From NCBI GenBank assembly GCA_037147235.1, contig JBAWVO010000001.1, positions 1 to 58,479 of the forward strand: a DNA stretch of 58,479 bases. The letters are read 5' to 3'. The translations under genes were made by a program, and so were the position numbers. Positions 54,690 through 58,479 of the stretch are shown here, piece by piece (the stretch's first letter is position 1; each line of letters begins with the position of its first letter). This stretch comes from Planctomycetota bacterium (GTDB lineage: Bacteria > Planctomycetota > Planctomycetia > Pirellulales > Thermoguttaceae). The notes beneath the pieces are model-generated. The model did not search any database. It saw only the letters and a program-made list of their open reading frames with translations, and was not told the origin of the DNA.

Positions 54690-54802
54690 ACTCGCACTAC
54701 GCCGAAACTTATGCAACAATAACGACAAAGAGTAGAGAGTAGGATGGACTTCCAAGTCCGTCCTAAACTCGCACTACGCCGAAACTTATGCAACAATAAC
54801 GA
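54690..54802. repeat. 36-bp perfect direct repeat flanking a 41-bp insert that carries a palindromic hairpin
   Basis: actcgcactacgccgaaacttatgcaacaataacga occurs at 54690-54725 and at 54767-54802. The insert contains AGGATGGACTTCCAAGTCCGTCCT (54741-54764), the same palindrome family as 17080-17100. Confidence 0.85.
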
Positions 54803-54803
54803 G

Positions 54804-56048
54804 ATGGAAGACTGGGAAGTGATCGTCATTGGAGGGGGTGCTGCCGGTTTGATGGCGGCCAGCCGAGCGGCCGAACAGGGACGGCGGACCCTGCTTCTGG
54901 AGAAGAAAAGGCGTCCTGGCTCAAAAATCCTTATATCCGGCGGGTCTCGCTGCAATCTCACGCATGCCCTGGATGTACGCGGTTTCGTCGAGGCTTTTGG
55001 AACCCAAGGGCCGTTTCTCCATTCGGCCTTGGCTGCCCTGGGGCCTGAGCAGCTTGTCGATCTGTTCGAGGCCGAGGGGGTTGTCACAAAGGTCGAATCG
55101 GACGGAAAAATCTTTCCCGTCAGTGATCGGGCTGAGGATATCCTGGCAGCACTGCTAGCACAACTCCGTCGAAGTGGTTGCGTCTTGGCCGTCGATGAAC
55201 CCGTGCAGTCGATCGCGCCCTGTCCGGCCGGCCTGGGGGTGGTCACGTCCAAGCGGACGCTACGGGCGGAGTCTGTCATCCTCACGACCGGAGGGCAATC
55301 GTATCCCGGCAGCGGTTCGACGGGCGACGGTTACCGTTGGGCGGCCGAGCTGGGGCATGCGATCGTCCCGTTGCGGCCCGCCTTGGTGCCGATCACTTCC
55401 CACGCCCCGTGGGTCTTGGGGCTGCAAGGCATCACGATGCCGGATGTCTGCGTGCAGGTACTCGAACCGAGCGACGACGCAGCTCGGCCGATCTGTCTGG
55501 CTCAGCAACGAGGCTCACTGCTGTTTGCCCACTTTGGCGTGACGGGACCAGCCGTCTTGGATGTCAGCCGTGCGGTCAGCGGCCACGCGAAGCCGCGAGG
55601 GCTCGTATTGCGATGCGATCTGCTGCCCGATCGCAAGGCAGATGCGTTGAAGGCCGAGTTCCAGGAAGAATGTGGCGGGGCAGGCCGGCGATTGGCCCTG
55701 GGAATTGTCGCCCGCTACGTACCGCTACGTCTTGCCGAGACGGTTGCCGCTCAGGCGGGCCTCGATCCCGGGCGTCGCGCGGCCGAGGTCTCGCGGAACG
55801 AGCGGCAGCAACTGGTCACTTGGCTCAAGCAGTTTGATATCCCGATCAGTGGCACCATGGGATTCAACAAAGCGGAAATCACCGCCGGCGGCGTCGCTTT
55901 AGATGAGATCGATTCGCATAGGATGGAAAGTCGGCTCGTGCCCGGGCTGTTTTTTGCCGGCGAGATCCTGGACGTGGACGGTCCGATCGGCGGTTACAAT
56001 TTTCAGGCCGCCTTTAGTACCGGATGGCTGGCTGGCGAGAGTGCATGA
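54804..56048 (+). CDS. HI0933/YhiN-like (BaiN family) NAD(P)/FAD-dependent oxidoreductase
   Basis: MEDWEVIVIGGGAAGLMAASRAAEQGRRTLLLEKKRRPGSKILISGGSRCNLTH, with the C-terminus FFAGEILDVDGPIGGYNFQAAFSTGW. Confidence 0.85.
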   Translation: MEDWEVIVIGGGAAGLMAASRAAEQGRRTLLLEKKRRPGSKILISGGSRCNLTHALDVRGFVEAFGTQGPFLHSALAALGPEQLVDLFEAEGVVTKVESDGKIFPVSDRAEDILAALLAQLRRSGCVLAVDEPVQSIAPCPAGLGVVTSKRTLRAESVILTTGGQSYPGSGSTGDGYRWAAELGHAIVPLRPALVPITSHAPWVLGLQGITMPDVCVQVLEPSDDAARPICLAQQRGSLLFAHFGVTGPAVLDVSRAVSGHAKPRGLVLRCDLLPDRKADALKAEFQEECGGAGRRLALGIVARYVPLRLAETVAAQAGLDPGRRAAEVSRNERQQLVTWLKQFDIPISGTMGFNKAEITAGGVALDEIDSHRMESRLVPGLFFAGEILDVDGPIGGYNFQAAFSTGWLAGESA

Positions 56049-56256
56049 GGACTCGTGAGAGGCAACCCAGGGATGAACTGCTGGGCCTTCGGCACAAACC
56101 CTACGCCCACGGCTGCAGGTTCGGCCCGGGTCTCCCGACCCCGCCGCCAACCATTCATTTCCCTACGCCAACGGCGTTATATCCCCTGGCCCAGGGAAGG
56201 GTTGCCGCGCGGTTCGCTGGGCAGGAACCTTTTAGCGTGAACCAAGTGGACGCCGA

Positions 56257-56451
56257 CTATATGCACCCGGTGTGTCCCATGACAAGCAGGGAACCTTGAA
56301 TTGCCCGATGGATTTCCTTCCGGTGGATCGGGACTTCGCCCGGGGCGACGAAACCAAGTTTCACTCGGTCCCCTCGCATTTCCAGCACGGTAACTCGGAT
56401 GCCGTCGCCAATGACGACTTCTTCTCCCAGCTTGCGGCTAAGAACCAACAT
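56257..56451 (-). CDS. csrA: Carbon storage regulator CsrA
   Basis: MLVLSRKLGEEVVIGDGIRVTVLEMRGDRVKLGFVAPGEVPIHRKEI. The ATG at 56451 is preceded by AAGGAG. Confidence 0.9.
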   Translation of the reverse strand: MLVLSRKLGEEVVIGDGIRVTVLEMRGDRVKLGFVAPGEVPIHRKEIHRAIQGSLLVMGHTGCI

Positions 56452-56779
56452 ATCAATTTTCTCCTTGCAACAGAATTCTTCGATTCGCCGGGCGCGGGAT
56501 TGCGCCACGGTCTTGGACAAGAGTAGGCAAAACCAGGTGTGCCAAAAAACGGTTTACTGTCCGTCTTTTCCGCCACATCCGACTACAACCAAGCTTATAG
56601 GGCGAAAACGAGCCAGAATTGTCACGGCACGATTCCATCGATTAGTCCGCCCTTACCTCGACCTTATTCCTCGGCACAGCCTGGGAAATTTTCATCCCGT
56701 CCGTCAAAAATGTCGATCTTTAACGGTTAGCGATACTGCGTCGAGGGCAATGAGCAGTTAGTCAAGGAGAAAATTGACC

Positions 56780-57151
56780 ATGCTGAAAAAAGCTTTGATT
56801 GTCGGCGTTATTCTGGGAGCCATCGTGCTTTCGAGTTCCCCGGCTCAAGCCGGAGGGCCCCATATCGGAATTGGGATTGGGATCGGCGTACCCGTCTATC
56901 GTCCTTATCCGCACTATTACGGATACCCATACCCTTACTATCCGCGCCCGGTGTATGTCGTCCAGCAGCCGGTTTATGTGACGCCGCAGGGGGTGCCCGT
57001 TTACCAGCAATCGGCTCCGGTCCCACAGCAGTACTACTATGCGCCGTCGTATCCGGCAGGTTCGGCACCGACCTATGCGGCACCAGGTTCGCCCCCGCCG
57101 CTGCCGGTGCCACCTCCCCCTGCTCCTGCCCCGGCAGGAACGGAATTCTAA
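56780..57151 (+). CDS. Secreted Pro/Tyr-rich low-complexity protein
   Basis: AAGGAGA lies 8-9 nt upstream of the ATG at 56780. The signal is MLKKALIVGVILGAIVLSSSPAQA, followed by GIGIGIG and YPYPYYPRP-type low complexity. Confidence 0.6.
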   Translation: MLKKALIVGVILGAIVLSSSPAQAGGPHIGIGIGIGVPVYRPYPHYYGYPYPYYPRPVYVVQQPVYVTPQGVPVYQQSAPVPQQYYYAPSYPAGSAPTYAAPGSPPPLPVPPPPAPAPAGTEF

Positions 57152-57166
57152 GAGGCTATCCGAAAA

Positions 57167-57192
57167 CTCCCCTCTCCCTTCGGGAGAGGGGC
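57167..57192 (+). terminator. GC-rich hairpin (REP-like), possible terminator
   Basis: cccctctcc - cttcg - ggagagggg. There is no clear T-tract, so it may be a REP element rather than an intrinsic terminator. Confidence 0.4.
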
Positions 57193-57257
57193 AGGGGGGG
57201 AGAGCTTTTCGCTGAGTAACGTGGCGAACTGCTGTCTTGCCGGTTCGCCCAGGACGA

Positions 57258-57710
57258 TTAAGCCGTTTTCAGCCAGTTGAGAACACGAAGCCCCGCAACA
57301 CGGCGGAAGTGGGCGTCGTTGTTCGTTACAAGGGTGGCATCCAGTGCCAGCACATGCGCAGCGATCAGAAGGTCCATCGATCCAATTGTTCGCCCCTGAC
57401 TTTCTAACGTATGTCGGATTCGACCGTAATGTTCCGGACTTACGATGGCATCGTAAGCGAAAACCTCGAACGGAGCCAACACTTTTCGGACGGCCGCAAT
57501 TTCAGTCTCGTACATTCCACTGTTTTGCGAGCCAAACTCGAGTTCCGAAACCGTCACCGCGGACAGTCCCACCGAATTACCCGCGGCCTGGGCCTTCTGA
57601 CAATGCGCCATGAGGATTGCGGCTTGCTGCCGGCTTTTTGCCCTGCTTGCCGTTGTCTTCAAGCCGCGGATCAAAAAAATGAGCAAGTCGGTATCGAGTA
57701 AATAGATCAT
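57258..57710 (-). CDS. vapC: PIN-domain toxin VapC
   Basis: MIYLLDTDLLIFLIRG..., SAVTVSELEFG and DLLIAAHVLALDATLVTNNDAHFRRV. The ATG overlaps the vapB stop (ATGA at 57707-57710). Confidence 0.85.
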   Translation of the reverse strand: MIYLLDTDLLIFLIRGLKTTASRAKSRQQAAILMAHCQKAQAAGNSVGLSAVTVSELEFGSQNSGMYETEIAAVRKVLAPFEVFAYDAIVSPEHYGRIRHTLESQGRTIGSMDLLIAAHVLALDATLVTNNDAHFRRVAGLRVLNWLKTA

Positions 57711-57937
57711 TCCCGCCAATTCCGTTTCTGTGCCTCGGGCTGCTGCCGGCCCTTGGACATGAAATCCTCCGATAGCTCCTGAACACCTTCGAGAAACAGC
57801 TCCCAGGGATCGCGGGAAATGACAAGAAAGCCTTCCGGGGTCTTCTTCAAATAGACCTCATCGCAGTCCACGCGGAATTCCTTCGGAAGGCGAATGGCTT
57901 GGCTGCGTCCGTTCTTGAAAACCTTAGCCGTCTGCAT
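57707..57937 (-). CDS. vapB: AbrB/SpoVT-family antitoxin VapB
   Basis: MQTAKVFKNGRSQAIRLPKEFRVDCDEVYLKK is the canonical SpoVT/AbrB antitoxin N-terminus. Confidence 0.85.
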   Translation of the reverse strand: MQTAKVFKNGRSQAIRLPKEFRVDCDEVYLKKTPEGFLVISRDPWELFLEGVQELSEDFMSKGRQQPEAQKRNWRE

Positions 57938-57978
57938 GATGTGGATTCCCTTCGCATGGATGGGCTGATATATACCAA

Positions 57979-58007
57979 ATGATAGATCACAACGGGCCGG
58001 TTGTCAA
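57979..58007 (-). promoter_or_regulatory. Sigma70-like promoter TTGACA-17-TATCAT for vapBC
   Basis: On the minus strand, TTGACA is at 58007-58002 and TATCAT at 57984-57979, with a 17-nt spacer. It lies about 40 nt upstream of the vapB ATG. Confidence 0.5.
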
Positions 58008-58155
58008 GACGGTTTAAGGGAAGAAAGGGAGAAGGGTGCAGGAACGTACTCCGGCAAGCTGAAGTGGTTTGGGAACTCGGGTTGCGGATTTGACAGGTGG
58101 AGGTTAGATTTGGGGCGTACTTGGGCAAGTTGGAACCTTTGGAAAGAAATCTACG

Positions 58156-58479
58156 ATGAGCAAGGACGCTCGAAACGGCGATTTGGAACTGACGGCAGAG
58201 GAAAAAGCGAAGTTCAGCGAACTGGTGGCATTGCTGGCAGAGCGTGGCTTCGGGGCGGCTGGACCGCCGCGGGAAACCAGCTTTGCACAGATGGAACGGT
58301 TTGGGCATCAAGCTGGACAGATGGTGGCCCGGGCGATCGATGCCCGACTGGCTGAGCAGCATGCGGCGCACTTCGCGGGCGAGGAGCCCTGTCATGCCTG
58401 CGGTGAGAAATATCTGCCGAAAGAGAACCTGCACGATTTGGGGTTACAGACAGAGGACGGCGAAGTCAAACTTCGCGAG
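58156..58479 (+). CDS. Partial ORF running off the right edge; possibly the N-terminus of an ISKra4-like transposase
   Basis: Not in the ORF track because there is no stop in the window. My translation is MSKDARNGDLELTAEEKAKFSELVALLAERGFGAAGPPRETSFAQMERFGHQAGQMVARAIDARLAEQHAAHFAGEEPCHACGEKYLPKENLHDLGLQTEDGEVKLRE. The composition is protein-like. The family guess rests on remembered N-terminal architecture (a Cys pair followed by a G.V.L.E segment). Confidence 0.5.
   Translation, partial: MSKDARNGDLELTAEEKAKFSELVALLAERGFGAAGPPRETSFAQMERFGHQAGQMVARAIDARLAEQHAAHFAGEEPCHACGEKYLPKENLHDLGLQTEDGEVKLRE

Noticed and set aside
56049-56256. Possible CsrB-like sRNA downstream of csrA, based on GGA motifs (AGGGA, CAGGGAAGGG, GCAGGAAC) and the long-range complement GGCAACCC/GGGTTGCC.
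   Set aside because: About five GGA motifs in 200 nt is close to the chance expectation for this composition. They are not clearly placed in hairpin loops, and I see no promoter or terminator.
57847-58434. 195-aa minus-strand ORF at the right end.
   Set aside because: Its composition is Arg/Ser/Cys-rich. It overlaps the vapB promoter region and the far more protein-like plus-strand ORF starting at 58156.

Overview
GC-rich bacterial chromosome segment. Gene content and repeat style suggest Planctomycetota, probably Pirellulales-like; this is inference only. Housekeeping genes I recognise: a THUMP RNA methyltransferase that runs off the left edge and is missing from the ORF track, a NUDIX hydrolase, a PIG-L deacetylase, tRNA-Asp(GTC), a complete sufBCDSU plus DUF59/SufT operon, ApbE, an FGE-domain protein, a Tat-signal Gfo/Idh/MocA oxidoreductase, MnmE, a PmoA-like protein, an SGNH hydrolase, an MsbA-like ABC exporter, a YhiN-like flavoprotein and CsrA. 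The main accessory feature is a roughly 20-kb minus-strand operon (22560-42805) of five overlapping or near-contiguous genes. It encodes a 1165-aa and a 2837-aa membrane-anchored giant protein, which together hold three paralogous modules. It also encodes two LamG/NPCBM lectin-like paralogs flanking a membrane-anchored PQQ beta-propeller protein. I cannot assign the giant modules to any named family, so this is my best candidate for an uncharacterised envelope or surface system. A second theme is several families of short palindromic repeats, some of them translated in frame. One ~110-bp MITE/RPE-like element sits inside the mnmE G domain, forms the N-terminus of a DUF11 protein, and supplies the stop codon of the giant gene. 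Other items are a vapBC pair, a HigA antitoxin with an in-frame-deleted HigB remnant, an FGE-domain pseudogene, a possible decayed islet next to the tRNA, and a partial ISKra4-like ORF at the right edge. I saw no rRNA, CRISPR array, integrase, reverse transcriptase or recognisable defence enzyme. All calls rest on reading the translations and DNA by eye; no searches were run.
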